Shown here in pieces: positions 28,074-37,190 of a stretch of DNA of 64,000 bases. The position numbers and the translations under genes are program-made. Origin of the DNA: an uncultured Alphaproteobacteria bacterium (lineage in GTDB: Bacteria; Pseudomonadota; Alphaproteobacteria; Rickettsiales; UBA1997). Location of the stretch: contig CAIZZE010000039.1 in the NCBI GenBank assembly GCA_903937405.1, positions 3,185 to 67,184 of the forward strand, given 5' to 3'. The notes under the pieces were generated by a model. It was not told where the DNA came from and made no database searches. It was given only the letters and a program-made list of their open reading frames with translations. Within the stretch, counting starts at the first letter, position 1. Every line of letters begins with the position of its first letter.

Positions 28074-28784
28074 ATGAAAAATAAAAATTCTAAAAATGCT
28101 TTCACCATTATCGAATTTTTAATCGCACTTTGCATTATTTTCATAGCTATTGCCGGCATTTTCTTTGTTAAAAAAATAATCAAAGAAAATAATGTAAAAT
28201 CCCTCATCATGCAGATCAAAAAATATGATGCTGCACTCAATAATTTTACTCAAAAATACCAAGCCCTTCCTGGAGATCTTAAAAGTACCGTCACTTACGG
28301 CATCACCGAATATAGCACCGATGGTAATAACGATAATATAATTACAGATAGAGTGCAGCAAATCCTCATGGCTAATGGTGAAATAACTAAGTTCTGGCTC
28401 CATTTATCAAAAACAAAAATGATCGATGAAAATTATGATGGCAAAGATGATAGCGATGCAAAAAACGGCAGCACTTTTCCACTTAGTAAAATCGGAGAAA
28501 ATTCCGGCATTGCGGTTTTTGGAAATGAAGGAAAAACTTTTTACCAAATTGGTTTTAAATTTGCTGATACTGATCGCCTTTACACAAATAATCGCAGCCT
28601 GAAAAGCGAAGAAGCTTTTTTGTTTGATCGAAAAATGGATGATGGAAATCCGCAAAAAGGCAGAATTATTGCAGTTGGTGGCGATATGTTAAATGTTCCA
28701 ACAAATGAAGAATGTGTGAAGCTTGGCGAATATAATCAAAGCACAATTAGTCCAGTTTGCCAATTGAGAATTGAAGCAAGATAG
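28074..28784 (+). CDS. Prepilin-type N-terminal cleavage/methylation-domain protein (type IV pilin / pseudopilin-like)
   Basis: I prefer ATG at 28074, 8 nt after the giant gene's stop; the track ORF starts at 28032. The leader MKNKNSKNA|FTIIEFLIALCIIFIAIAGIFFV is a class III signal with Ala at -1, Phe +1 and Glu +5. Later pilin-like motifs are ..YQALPGD.. and ..FDRKMDDGNPQKGRI.., plus a C-terminal Cys pair (C..C). Confidence 0.7.
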   Translation: MKNKNSKNAFTIIEFLIALCIIFIAIAGIFFVKKIIKENNVKSLIMQIKKYDAALNNFTQKYQALPGDLKSTVTYGITEYSTDGNNDNIITDRVQQILMANGEITKFWLHLSKTKMIDENYDGKDDSDAKNGSTFPLSKIGENSGIAVFGNEGKTFYQIGFKFADTDRLYTNNRSLKSEEAFLFDRKMDDGNPQKGRIIAVGGDMLNVPTNEECVKLGEYNQSTISPVCQLRIEAR

Positions 28785-28896
28785 TTTTACGCTTTTGTTG
28801 GAAGATGTATTTTGTACATACAAACTCACTCTTACATAAAACCCGCAAGAAACATTATAAATTTTCAATCAAAAAACTTCTTAAAAAAACCCGACC

Positions 28897-29649
28897 ATGA
28901 ATAAAAAAAACTTCATGACACTCAACGAACATTTTGTCGAACTTCGCAAACGCGTAATTTTTTCTCTAATATTTTTCATCATCTCTTTTTCACTCTGCTA
29001 TTTTTTTTCCGAAAAAATTTACGAATTTTTATTGCAACCTTTCGCAGAAATTTCACAAAATAATCAGAATCGTAAATTGATCTACACCAGCCCCACTGAA
29101 GCGTTCATGACCTATCTAAAACTTTCTCTTTCATCAGCATTATTTTTTTCTTTCCCAATTTTTGCGGCAGAAATTTATCTTTTTTTATCTCCAGCTTTAT
29201 ACAAAAATGAGAAAAAAAATATTCTGTTAACATTTTTTTTCGCTCCACTTTTATTTTTATGCGGCGCGATTTTTGCCTATTATTTTATTTTGCCAGTCGC
29301 TTTTCAATTCTTCGCGAGCTTTGAAATTCAAGGCTCCGCAACATCCGCTTCACTTCCAATTCAACTTGAAACACGCATTAGTGAATATTTAAATTTTGTC
29401 ACAAATTTACTATTTGGATTTGGCATCGCATTTGAATTACCAATCTTGTTGCTTTTTTTAATTAAAGTTGGTTGTTTGTCCGCCAATGATTTAAGAAAGA
29501 AGAGAAGATACTGGATTGTGATCATTTTTTTAGTGGCCGCCGTCCTTACTCCCCCAGACATCTTGAGTCAGGTTAGTTTAGCAATTCCGATGATTTTATT
29601 ATTCGAAATTGCAATTCTTATTGGTAAAAATTTTAACAATAAAAAGTAA
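28897..29649 (+). CDS. tatC: Twin-arginine translocase subunit TatC
   Basis: 250 aa with six hydrophobic segments. HFVELRKRVI N-terminus and ..LTPPDILSQ.. motif. Confidence 0.9.
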   Translation: MNKKNFMTLNEHFVELRKRVIFSLIFFIISFSLCYFFSEKIYEFLLQPFAEISQNNQNRKLIYTSPTEAFMTYLKLSLSSALFFSFPIFAAEIYLFLSPALYKNEKKNILLTFFFAPLLFLCGAIFAYYFILPVAFQFFASFEIQGSATSASLPIQLETRISEYLNFVTNLLFGFGIAFELPILLLFLIKVGCLSANDLRKKRRYWIVIIFLVAAVLTPPDILSQVSLAIPMILLFEIAILIGKNFNNKK

Positions 29650-29656
29650 AAAAATT

Positions 29657-29860
29657 ATGGCCCCTATCAAAAAAGTAGTTGAGAAAAAAGCTCCAGCTAA
29701 AAAAACTGTTGTAAAAAAAGCTCCAGCTAAAAAAGTAGTTGCAAAAAAAACTGTAGCTAAAAAACCAGTTGCTAAAAAAGTAGTTGCGAAAAAAACCGTT
29801 GCTAAAAAACCAGTTGTTAAAAAAGCTCCTGCTAAAAAAACTGTAGCTAAGAAAAAGTAG
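29657..29860 (+). CDS. Lysine/alanine-rich histone H1-like repeat protein (putative nucleoid protein)
   Basis: I prefer ATG at 29657 (MAPIKKVVEKKAPAKKTVVKKAPAKKVVAKKTVAKKPVAKK...). The track start at 29609 would overlap tatC. The protein is essentially repeats of KKxPAKK / VAKK. Confidence 0.55.
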   Translation: MAPIKKVVEKKAPAKKTVVKKAPAKKVVAKKTVAKKPVAKKVVAKKTVAKKPVVKKAPAKKTVAKKK

Positions 29861-29896
29861 TTTTAGAAAGTAGAAAATCTAAAAAGTAAATGAAAA

Positions 29897-29928
29897 GGCG
29901 GGATCTCCAACGAGATCCCGCCTTTTTC
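29897..29928. terminator. Bidirectional rho-independent terminator
   Basis: GGCGGGATCTC-caac-GAGATCCCGCC, an 11-bp perfect GC-rich stem. It is followed by TTTTTC on the plus strand and by TTTTCATTT on the minus strand, and lies between convergent genes. Confidence 0.8.
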
Positions 29929-29984
29929 TATTGATTCTTTTGACACAAGACGAACTTGATTAGAATTACAAATGTTAACTATGT

Positions 29985-30488
29985 TTATAAAATCTTTTCC
30001 GCACCTTGAGAAACACCAAATAACTTTTTAATTGTAATTTTTACCGGCGAAGTATTTGGAGTTCTGGCTTGGTTTTCTGTATTTACAATGTCACACAAAA
30101 TATCCAGCGAAACACCGCCATCTGAACACATGCAGATTGCAAAAGTTTTTTTATCCAACTCTTCAATCATTTTACGATTGATAATTCTTAATCCACCAGA
30201 TTTAGAAAATTTACGCGAGAATATGAAAAGGCGATTCAGAATTTGAATATATTTATTAATGCGCGGATTTTTATGAAATGGGATCGTGCCATTCATAATC
30301 TCTTCATCTGTAGCATTGATCAAATAATCAAAAATCAATTCCGCCATTTCTGCGGTTTCTTCTTCAATCTTTTGGAAAACCTCGCTGATTAATTGCAAAT
30401 TGGCGATGATTTCTGCCGAGGCATTATTTGGAATTGATGATGGAACATCAAGATTCTGGTTCACTAAATCATTTTTTTTAGTAGCCAT
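29985..30488 (-). CDS. Hypothetical protein
   Basis: I prefer the start at MATKKNDLVNQ (ATG at 30488), 4 nt downstream of the preceding gene's stop. No recognisable motif. It occupies the slot where murU often follows amgK in alphaproteobacteria, but it has no nucleotidyltransferase G-x-G-t-R motif. Confidence 0.4.
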   Translation of the reverse strand: MATKKNDLVNQNLDVPSSIPNNASAEIIANLQLISEVFQKIEEETAEMAELIFDYLINATDEEIMNGTIPFHKNPRINKYIQILNRLFIFSRKFSKSGGLRIINRKMIEELDKKTFAICMCSDGGVSLDILCDIVNTENQARTPNTSPVKITIKKLFGVSQGAEKIL

Positions 30489-30492
30489 ATTT

Positions 30493-31491
30493 TTAAATAA
30501 ATTTTTTAAGCAATTGAGACATTTCAGCAAAAATCGGATTTCCTGATTCTAGTCTGGACTTTACAAAACCAAGAACCCGCGGCAATAATTTTAAATAATC
30601 ATTTTTACCATCACGCATCGAAAGTCGTGAAAAAATTCCAACTATTTTTATGTTTCGCTGCAAAGATAAAATTTCATAATCGCGCGTAAATTCTGCTTTA
30701 TCGCAATTAGATTTTTCTAAATAATAATCAAAAAGTTTTAAGCGATTTGCAGAATTAACATCACGTCTTGCATCTTCAAGAAGCGAAACCAAATCATAGG
30801 CTTTTGATCCGATAACTGCATCTTGAAAATCAAGCAAACCAACTTGTTTGTAGCCTTCGCGACTTGGCAAAATCATTAAATTATCAGCGTGATAATCACG
30901 CAAAACCAAAACTGAAGTTGAGTTTTTTTCCAAATGATTGCGCACGCCGTTAAATTGACTTAATTGGTCAAAAAGCTGAAACCATAAAAATTTAAACTGG
31001 GCTTTTTCTTGTAAAGTTATTTCCTGTTTTTGCGAAGGTATGTACCAATCAATAAACAACATTACTTCGCGGAAAAGCAAAGCGTGATTGTAAAGCGGCA
31101 AGTTTTTGGGTGCTTCCAATTTGTGCAATTCAAGCAAGCAATCACAAGCTTTTTCATAAAGCGCCAGCTCTTGCGAGTCATCAGTTGCAAGGACGCGGCC
31201 GTAGGTGTTATCATTTAAATCTTCTAGAAGTAGAAAGCCTAATTCTTCATCGCGGGCAAAAATTTTGGGAGCAGAAAAATTATTTAAAACCAAAAATTCA
31301 TCAATCTTCGCAAATGGTCGCACATCTTCATAACCGGGAGGTGCAAACATTAAAATGTTAGTTTCTTCACCAAAAAAAATTCGGTAATATGAGCGAAAAG
31401 AAGCATCTCCGGCGATTTTTTTTATCTCGCAATCTTTGATATTATTTTTAGCAAGAAACTCGCGCGCTTGCTTTTCATCTAGGTTAATCAT
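30493..31491 (-). CDS. Aminoglycoside-phosphotransferase-fold kinase, AmgK-like (anomeric MurNAc/GlcNAc kinase candidate)
   Basis: 332 aa. ..GDASFRSYYRI.., catalytic LRDYHADNLMIL and LLDFQDA motifs. Confidence 0.65.
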   Translation of the reverse strand: MINLDEKQAREFLAKNNIKDCEIKKIAGDASFRSYYRIFFGEETNILMFAPPGYEDVRPFAKIDEFLVLNNFSAPKIFARDEELGFLLLEDLNDNTYGRVLATDDSQELALYEKACDCLLELHKLEAPKNLPLYNHALLFREVMLFIDWYIPSQKQEITLQEKAQFKFLWFQLFDQLSQFNGVRNHLEKNSTSVLVLRDYHADNLMILPSREGYKQVGLLDFQDAVIGSKAYDLVSLLEDARRDVNSANRLKLFDYYLEKSNCDKAEFTRDYEILSLQRNIKIVGIFSRLSMRDGKNDYLKLLPRVLGFVKSRLESGNPIFAEMSQLLKKFI

Positions 31492-31495
31492 GTTT

Positions 31496-32173
31496 TTAGA
31501 AATCTAATTTAGAATACCATTCAGGTGGGTTTACGTTGGGAATTCGGTCTTTTAAAATTTCGCCGAAAATTTTGTGCGATTTAATCAAGCTATACCAATC
31601 TTTCGCCGGCAAATAATGATGCCAATTAATATCGCCAAAATAATCCAAAACTGAAATTTGCGCCGCAGCAGAAAAATCAGCAACCGAAATATGATCTCCG
31701 CCTAGGTATTTTCTGGTTTCAAGCAAATATTCAATATAGCTTAAATGAATGTTTAAATTGCGTCTCGCAACTCTCAAAACTTCTGAATCAGGAGCATTAA
31801 CTCCGGGTAAATAGCGGTTAAAATGACGTTCGTTTAAAACATGTTTGCTAACTTCATTATAAAATTTTTCATCAAACCAATTTTGTAAACGACGCACTTC
31901 CGCCCTTGTTACAACTGAATCACCGATGAAATTTTTGGTTTCTTGATGTTTTTCTTCAATATATTCAACGATTGTTGAACTGTTTGAAATTACTGCCGAA
32001 TTTGCATTATCAAATAATACCGGCAAGGTTCCGGCTGGATTCATGGCGATAAATTCTTTGCGTCTTTCCCAGAAATTTTCAGGAACCAACTCAAAGCCAA
32101 TTCCCTTCGCAGCCATGTGAACTCGTACTTTGCGCGAAAATGGACAAAGTGAATGATGGTAAAGGCGATACAT
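31496..32173 (-). CDS. Glutathione S-transferase family protein
   Basis: 225 aa. LYHHSLCPFSRKVRV...NPAGTLPVL thioredoxin-like N-domain, then a helical C-domain. Confidence 0.8.
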   Translation of the reverse strand: MYRLYHHSLCPFSRKVRVHMAAKGIGFELVPENFWERRKEFIAMNPAGTLPVLFDNANSAVISNSSTIVEYIEEKHQETKNFIGDSVVTRAEVRRLQNWFDEKFYNEVSKHVLNERHFNRYLPGVNAPDSEVLRVARRNLNIHLSYIEYLLETRKYLGGDHISVADFSAAAQISVLDYFGDINWHHYLPAKDWYSLIKSHKIFGEILKDRIPNVNPPEWYSKLDF

Positions 32174-32226
32174 AATTTTGGATTTTAGATTTAGGATTGG
32201 TTATTTTTCTTGTGATGAGATTAGAT

Positions 32227-32303
32227 AGATCCTGAAACAAGTTCAGGATGACAGATTTGGTAGATTTTTCTTCCCTCGTCATCCTGAACTTGTTTCAGGA
32301 TCT
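32227..32303. repeat. Family 1 palindromic element
   Basis: AGATCCTGAAACAAGTTCAGGATGACA...CGTCATCCTGAACTTGTTTCAGGATCT in the GST-polA intergenic region. Confidence 0.85.
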
Positions 32304-32418
32304 ATCCATAATTTTAGTAAACTTTGTTATATCTAACTAGAGTTTGTTATTAAATTTACAAAAAGCAAAACTTGAAGCTAAATAAATTAATTCCAACTTT
32401 AAATAATTTGTAATTCCC

Positions 32419-35235
32419 ATGTCCAAAAAAATCGCCTTAATTGACGGTTATGGCTTCGTATTTCGTGCCTTTCATTCTTTGCCGCCTTTAACCAGACCAG
32501 ATGGCACACCAGTTGGCGCGGTTTATGGTTTCACCAATATGCTAATTAAACTTTTAGCCGGACTTAACGTAACCCACGCTGCTGTTGTTTTTGATTCAGG
32601 TTCTAAAACTTTTAGAAATGATATTTATCCAGCTTACAAAGCCAACCGTCCGCCCTGCCCTGAAGAATTAATTCCACAATTTTCAATCGTTCGTGAAAGT
32701 GCAGAATCATTAAATTTATCGATACTTGAAAAAATAGGATTTGAAGCTGATGACATCATCGCAACCATCGCCAAAAAAGCGGAAGCTGAAGGCTACGAAG
32801 TTTTAATCGTTTCATCTGACAAAGACTTGATGCAGCTAGTTGGAGAAAATATCCACATGTATGATTCGATGAAAAATCGTATGATTGGAATTGAGCAAGT
32901 TATAGAAAAATTTGAAGTGGGCCCCAAAAAAGTTTTAGATATGTTGTCATTAATTGGTGACGCATCGGATAATATTCCCGGTGTAAAAGGCATTGGCCCA
33001 AAAACTGCTGCCGAATTAATTAAGCAGTTTGGAAGTTTAGAAAATATTTTCGAAAATCTGGATCAAATCAAGCAAGAGAAGCGTCGCCAGCTTTTGACCG
33101 AAGGAGCTGAAAAAGCAAAACTATCAAAAATTTTAGCGGCTTTAAAAGAGGATGTGGAATTAGGAATTAGTTTAGATGAATTAGAAATTCGCGCTCTTGA
33201 TCCACATAAATTAATTTCATTTTTGCAGGTTCAGGGCTTTCATTCATTGATTACACGAGTTCGTAAAGAATTTGGGATTTCAGAAAATGTCGAAGTTCGA
33301 GCGAACGAAAAGATCCAAAATCAAGTTCAGTATGACGCAAAGAGAGAGATGAGTTCATCTTCAAACTCCCAACATCGTCATCCTGAACTTGTTTCAGGAT
33401 CTAGCGTGTTTTCATCATGCAAAAAAACTTTAATTTCGTCTCCCGAAATCATCGCGCGACTCAATAAAGAAGGATCTTCAAATGGTTTGGTCACAATTGA
33501 TCGCGATAAAAATTTTATCACAATTTCAACTTGTAAATCAGGCGAATCGCCAAAAGAAATTTTTTATTTCGAGATAAAAAAATCCGCAAAAACTACAAAT
33601 CAAAATCAATCTTTTGATTTATTCAGTTTTAATCATGAGCCAGAAAGCCTTGAAAACGAAGGTTTCAACATCAAAATTTTAGAAAAAATTCTAACCGATG
33701 ATTCAATTAAAAAAATCTTTTTTGATGCCAAGAATTTCCTAAAATTCGCCAAAACAAATTCTTACGAAGATGTTGCGACTATTCATCATCTCTTAACTTC
33801 CTCGGTAAAAAATGACTTACGCGAGCTCATAGATCTTAATCTCAACGAAGATGTTGAACAATTAGGTTTTGGTAAAATTTTTTCTGAAATTGAAAAAGAT
33901 CGCGAACCAGAAATTTTTTCTGACCTTGATAAAAAAACTGAATTTTTAGCTTTTAGAAATTTCGCAATTTATCAACTTTATAAATTATTCGCGCCAAAAA
34001 TTACGCCCGAAAAATTAACTGAAACTTATCTTTCTTTTGAGCGCCCATTAATTGATGTTCTAGCACAAATCGAAACTAATGGCATTAAAATTGATGTAGC
34101 AAAATTACGCCAACTTTCACAGGAATTCGGTAAAAAAATCGCCGAATTAAGCAGCGAAATTTACGCACTCGCCGGACATGAATTTAACATCGCTTCGGCC
34201 AAACAACTTTCAGAAGTTTTATTTGAAAAAATGGGTTTGGCTTCCGGCAAAAAATCGAAAAAAACCGGCGCGCTTTCAACTGGCGTTGGCGTGCTAGAAG
34301 AGCTTGATGAAGCTGGACATCCGATCGCACGAAAAATTCTTGATTTTCGTAAATTTTCTAAATTGAAAAATACTTACACCGATGCTTTACCAGAAGAAAT
34401 TAATCCGCAAACTGGCAGAATTCACACTCATTTTTCTACAACTTCCACAATTACCGGACGCTTGAGTTCACGCTATCCAAACCTGCAAAATATTCCGATA
34501 AAAAGTTTGGAAGGTCAAAAAATCCGCGAAAGTTTTATTTCAGAAAAAAATCATTTTTTAATTTCCGCCGACTATTCACAAATTGAACTGCGCGTTATTG
34601 CTCACGCCGCCAAAATCGAAAATTTAATTACAGCTTTTAAAGAAGATAAAGATATTCACCGCATTACGGCAGCACAGGTTTTTGGCGTTGCTGAAGATGC
34701 AGTTGATGATTCTTTGCGCTCTAAAGCTAAAGCAATTAATTTCGGAATTATTTACGGAATCAGCGCTTTTGGTTTAGCGCGTCAATTAGATATTTCGCGT
34801 CAGGAAGCGGCGATTTATATCAAATCTTATTTAGAAACTTATCCGGGAATTGATATTTCGATGAAAAATTACATCGAATTGGCACGGAAAAATGGCTATG
34901 TGCAAACGCTTTCGGGACGCAAATGTTTTATCCGCGATATTAATAATAAAAACCCAATGATTCGCGCTGAAGCTGAAAGATTGGCGATTAACGCCCCGAT
35001 TCAAGGAAGTGCGGCTGATATTATCAAAAAAGCGATGATTCGTTTAAGTAAGAGATTTAAGGAAGAGAATTTAAAATCAAAAATTATTTTACAAATTCAT
35101 GACGAATTGATCGTGGAAGCGCCAGAAAATGAAGTGGAAATTGCGACAAAGATTTTGAAATATGAAATGGAAAATGCGGCGATTTTAAATGTGCCGTTAA
35201 AGGTTGATGTGACTGTTGCCGATTGTTGGAAGTAA
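32419..35235 (+). CDS. polA: DNA polymerase I
   Basis: 938 aa. 5' nuclease N-terminus (LIDGYGFVFRAFH...), Klenow-like C-terminus (..ADYSQIELRV.., ..QIHDELIVE..). A family 1 repeat element lies in the inter-domain linker. Confidence 0.93.
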   Translation: MSKKIALIDGYGFVFRAFHSLPPLTRPDGTPVGAVYGFTNMLIKLLAGLNVTHAAVVFDSGSKTFRNDIYPAYKANRPPCPEELIPQFSIVRESAESLNLSILEKIGFEADDIIATIAKKAEAEGYEVLIVSSDKDLMQLVGENIHMYDSMKNRMIGIEQVIEKFEVGPKKVLDMLSLIGDASDNIPGVKGIGPKTAAELIKQFGSLENIFENLDQIKQEKRRQLLTEGAEKAKLSKILAALKEDVELGISLDELEIRALDPHKLISFLQVQGFHSLITRVRKEFGISENVEVRANEKIQNQVQYDAKREMSSSSNSQHRHPELVSGSSVFSSCKKTLISSPEIIARLNKEGSSNGLVTIDRDKNFITISTCKSGESPKEIFYFEIKKSAKTTNQNQSFDLFSFNHEPESLENEGFNIKILEKILTDDSIKKIFFDAKNFLKFAKTNSYEDVATIHHLLTSSVKNDLRELIDLNLNEDVEQLGFGKIFSEIEKDREPEIFSDLDKKTEFLAFRNFAIYQLYKLFAPKITPEKLTETYLSFERPLIDVLAQIETNGIKIDVAKLRQLSQEFGKKIAELSSEIYALAGHEFNIASAKQLSEVLFEKMGLASGKKSKKTGALSTGVGVLEELDEAGHPIARKILDFRKFSKLKNTYTDALPEEINPQTGRIHTHFSTTSTITGRLSSRYPNLQNIPIKSLEGQKIRESFISEKNHFLISADYSQIELRVIAHAAKIENLITAFKEDKDIHRITAAQVFGVAEDAVDDSLRSKAKAINFGIIYGISAFGLARQLDISRQEAAIYIKSYLETYPGIDISMKNYIELARKNGYVQTLSGRKCFIRDINNKNPMIRAEAERLAINAPIQGSAADIIKKAMIRLSKRFKEENLKSKIILQIHDELIVEAPENEVEIATKILKYEMENAAILNVPLKVDVTVADCWK
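33311..33402. repeat. Family 1 palindromic element inserted in-frame inside polA
   Basis: Degenerate left arm AGATCCAAAATCAAGTTCAGTATGACG and intact right arm CGTCATCCTGAACTTGTTTCAGGATCT. Translated as ..KIQNQVQYDAKREMSSSSNSQHRHPELVSGSS.. (about aa 298-328 of PolA). Confidence 0.8.
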
Positions 35236-35285
35236 ATACTAAATTTAGAGCAGGACGAGGTTACAAAACCCTTCCTGCTCCAGTC

Positions 35286-36371
35286 TTAACTTTTAACCCT
35301 TCCAACAATCTCTTCAAAATATTTCTCCAACGCCTTGTAAGAAAATTTATCATTTACCTTCGCAAAGGCGTTCGCAACCAATTTATCCGCCAATTCCGGC
35401 TCACTAACCATTCTCAAAACCGCATCAGCAATTCTGTTTTCTACACTTTCCAAAGGCTGCAAATTCACCATCAAAGCATCAATCTCATTTCTCAAAAACT
35501 CTTTTGGGCCATCAGCATCTGTTGAAATTATCGGCTTGCAAAACTTCATCGCTTCTAAAACTACCAAACCAAAAGTTTCACGCTCCGATGACATTACAAA
35601 AATGTCAATCGATTCGAAAAATCCTTTTTTATTTTTCATCCAGCCCAAAAATTCTATCTGGCTTTCAATATTTAATTCCTTCACCAAATTGCGCAAATAA
35701 TCCTCTTGCACACCAGATCCAGCAAGTTTGAAAACAAATTTTTTATTTAAATTATTTGCCTTAGTAAAATCTTCCAATTTTTTTATCGCTTTAATCGTAA
35801 AGTAAAAACCTTTTGCAATATCGAGGCGACCCATTCCGCCGAGGATAATTGTTTCCTTATTTTGCAAATCAATTTTCGATGCAACTTTTGGCGCATCGCT
35901 CAAATCAATCGCATTTTGAATCACGAAGCTTTTGGTTTCACTTTGTCCGGCATTTATGGTGCGCAGAAAAATTTCCTTATTCACCGAAAGAATAATATCA
36001 GCGCCGATTGAACGCTTCACATTCATGCTGTGATTTACGGCGATTAAGAAAGTTTTTTTATTTTTGATTTTGACAATTGCGCGTCGCGCTAAAACAGTTG
36101 ATCTTCCAGCATGAGCTATCACCGCATCGGCATTAAATTCTTTTAGAATTTCATGAATTTTTTTAACTGTAAAAATATCATAAAATCCCAATTTATTGGG
36201 AACTTTTTTTACCGTAATTCCTAAATTTTCAACTTCAGCTGCGTAAGGCGCATCATTTTTTATGATCGCTAAAATTTCATGACCGAGATTTTTCAAAGCC
36301 ACTGAATAATCAATAAAAGCCTGCTCCGCTCCGCCATTTTGGGAAGTTAAAATTATGTGAGCAATTTTCAT
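35286..36371 (-). CDS. Group 1 (GT4-like, GT-B fold) glycosyltransferase
   Basis: 361 aa. MKIAHIILTSQNGGAEQ N-terminus and the E(x7)E-type region ..SSERETFGLVVLEAM... Confidence 0.8.
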   Translation of the reverse strand: MKIAHIILTSQNGGAEQAFIDYSVALKNLGHEILAIIKNDAPYAAEVENLGITVKKVPNKLGFYDIFTVKKIHEILKEFNADAVIAHAGRSTVLARRAIVKIKNKKTFLIAVNHSMNVKRSIGADIILSVNKEIFLRTINAGQSETKSFVIQNAIDLSDAPKVASKIDLQNKETIILGGMGRLDIAKGFYFTIKAIKKLEDFTKANNLNKKFVFKLAGSGVQEDYLRNLVKELNIESQIEFLGWMKNKKGFFESIDIFVMSSERETFGLVVLEAMKFCKPIISTDADGPKEFLRNEIDALMVNLQPLESVENRIADAVLRMVSEPELADKLVANAFAKVNDKFSYKALEKYFEEIVGRVKS

Positions 36372-37126
36372 TTGGATAATTTTTCTTGAGCTTTAAGACT
36401 TGAAACCAATGGATAAAGTCCGGCGAGAATTGCAATTAGAACCCCCAGCGCACCTTCTTTATAACCTTTTTTGAAGAAAAAAGATTTTATGAAGCGCAAT
36501 TTAAAATTGACGATTACTCTAAAAAGGCCGACGCATTTTGTTTTATTTTTAGAAATCATGTCGTTAGCACGCCAGTTGGTGTAGCGGTTAAAACGGGCAA
36601 TGAAATCAGAAATATCTTCATCAACTAAATGGATAATTGGATTTTGAAAATATTTTATTCCGGCACCTAAATCACAAGTCGGGTGAACTTCTTTATCTTC
36701 ATGATATTTTTTTAAACCCTTATAAGCCAAAGTCTGGCGACTCAACACACACAAAGTTCGAAGCCAGCCATATTTTACGTGACGTTTGCCAATGTAATTA
36801 GCAATTGGCACAATTACAGCGCAAGGTGGCGAATTTTTTATCGCCAAAATTTCTTGCGCCAATTCCGGCGAAACTCTTTCATCAGCATCAATTTCAAAAA
36901 TCCATTCATGGCTGGCAGAATTTAGCGCCACATTACGGCGCGCGCCTTCAATTTTCCATGAACCTTCAATAATTTTATCGGTAAATTCCAAAACAATTTC
37001 TTTGGTTTGATCGGTACATTTATCAAGCACAACTACGATTTCATCAGCAAATGAAAGACTGCGCAAACAATCAGCGATTTTCTTTTCTTCATTATGCGCC
37101 ACGATGACAGCAGATATTTTTGACAT
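36368..37126 (-). CDS. Family 2 glycosyltransferase
   Basis: I prefer the start at MSKISAVIVAHNEEKKI (ATG at 37126). The track ORF extends to 37231 across a palindrome. It overlaps the downstream GT4 gene by 4 nt. Confidence 0.75.
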   Translation of the reverse strand: MSKISAVIVAHNEEKKIADCLRSLSFADEIVVVLDKCTDQTKEIVLEFTDKIIEGSWKIEGARRNVALNSASHEWIFEIDADERVSPELAQEILAIKNSPPCAVIVPIANYIGKRHVKYGWLRTLCVLSRQTLAYKGLKKYHEDKEVHPTCDLGAGIKYFQNPIIHLVDEDISDFIARFNRYTNWRANDMISKNKTKCVGLFRVIVNFKLRFIKSFFFKKGYKEGALGVLIAILAGLYPLVSSLKAQEKLSK

Positions 37127-37190
37127 GGTTTTGGTGAAAAAATAAAATGATAATTGACATGCGAGCGAGCCAAAATAGGTTGGTTGGTCT

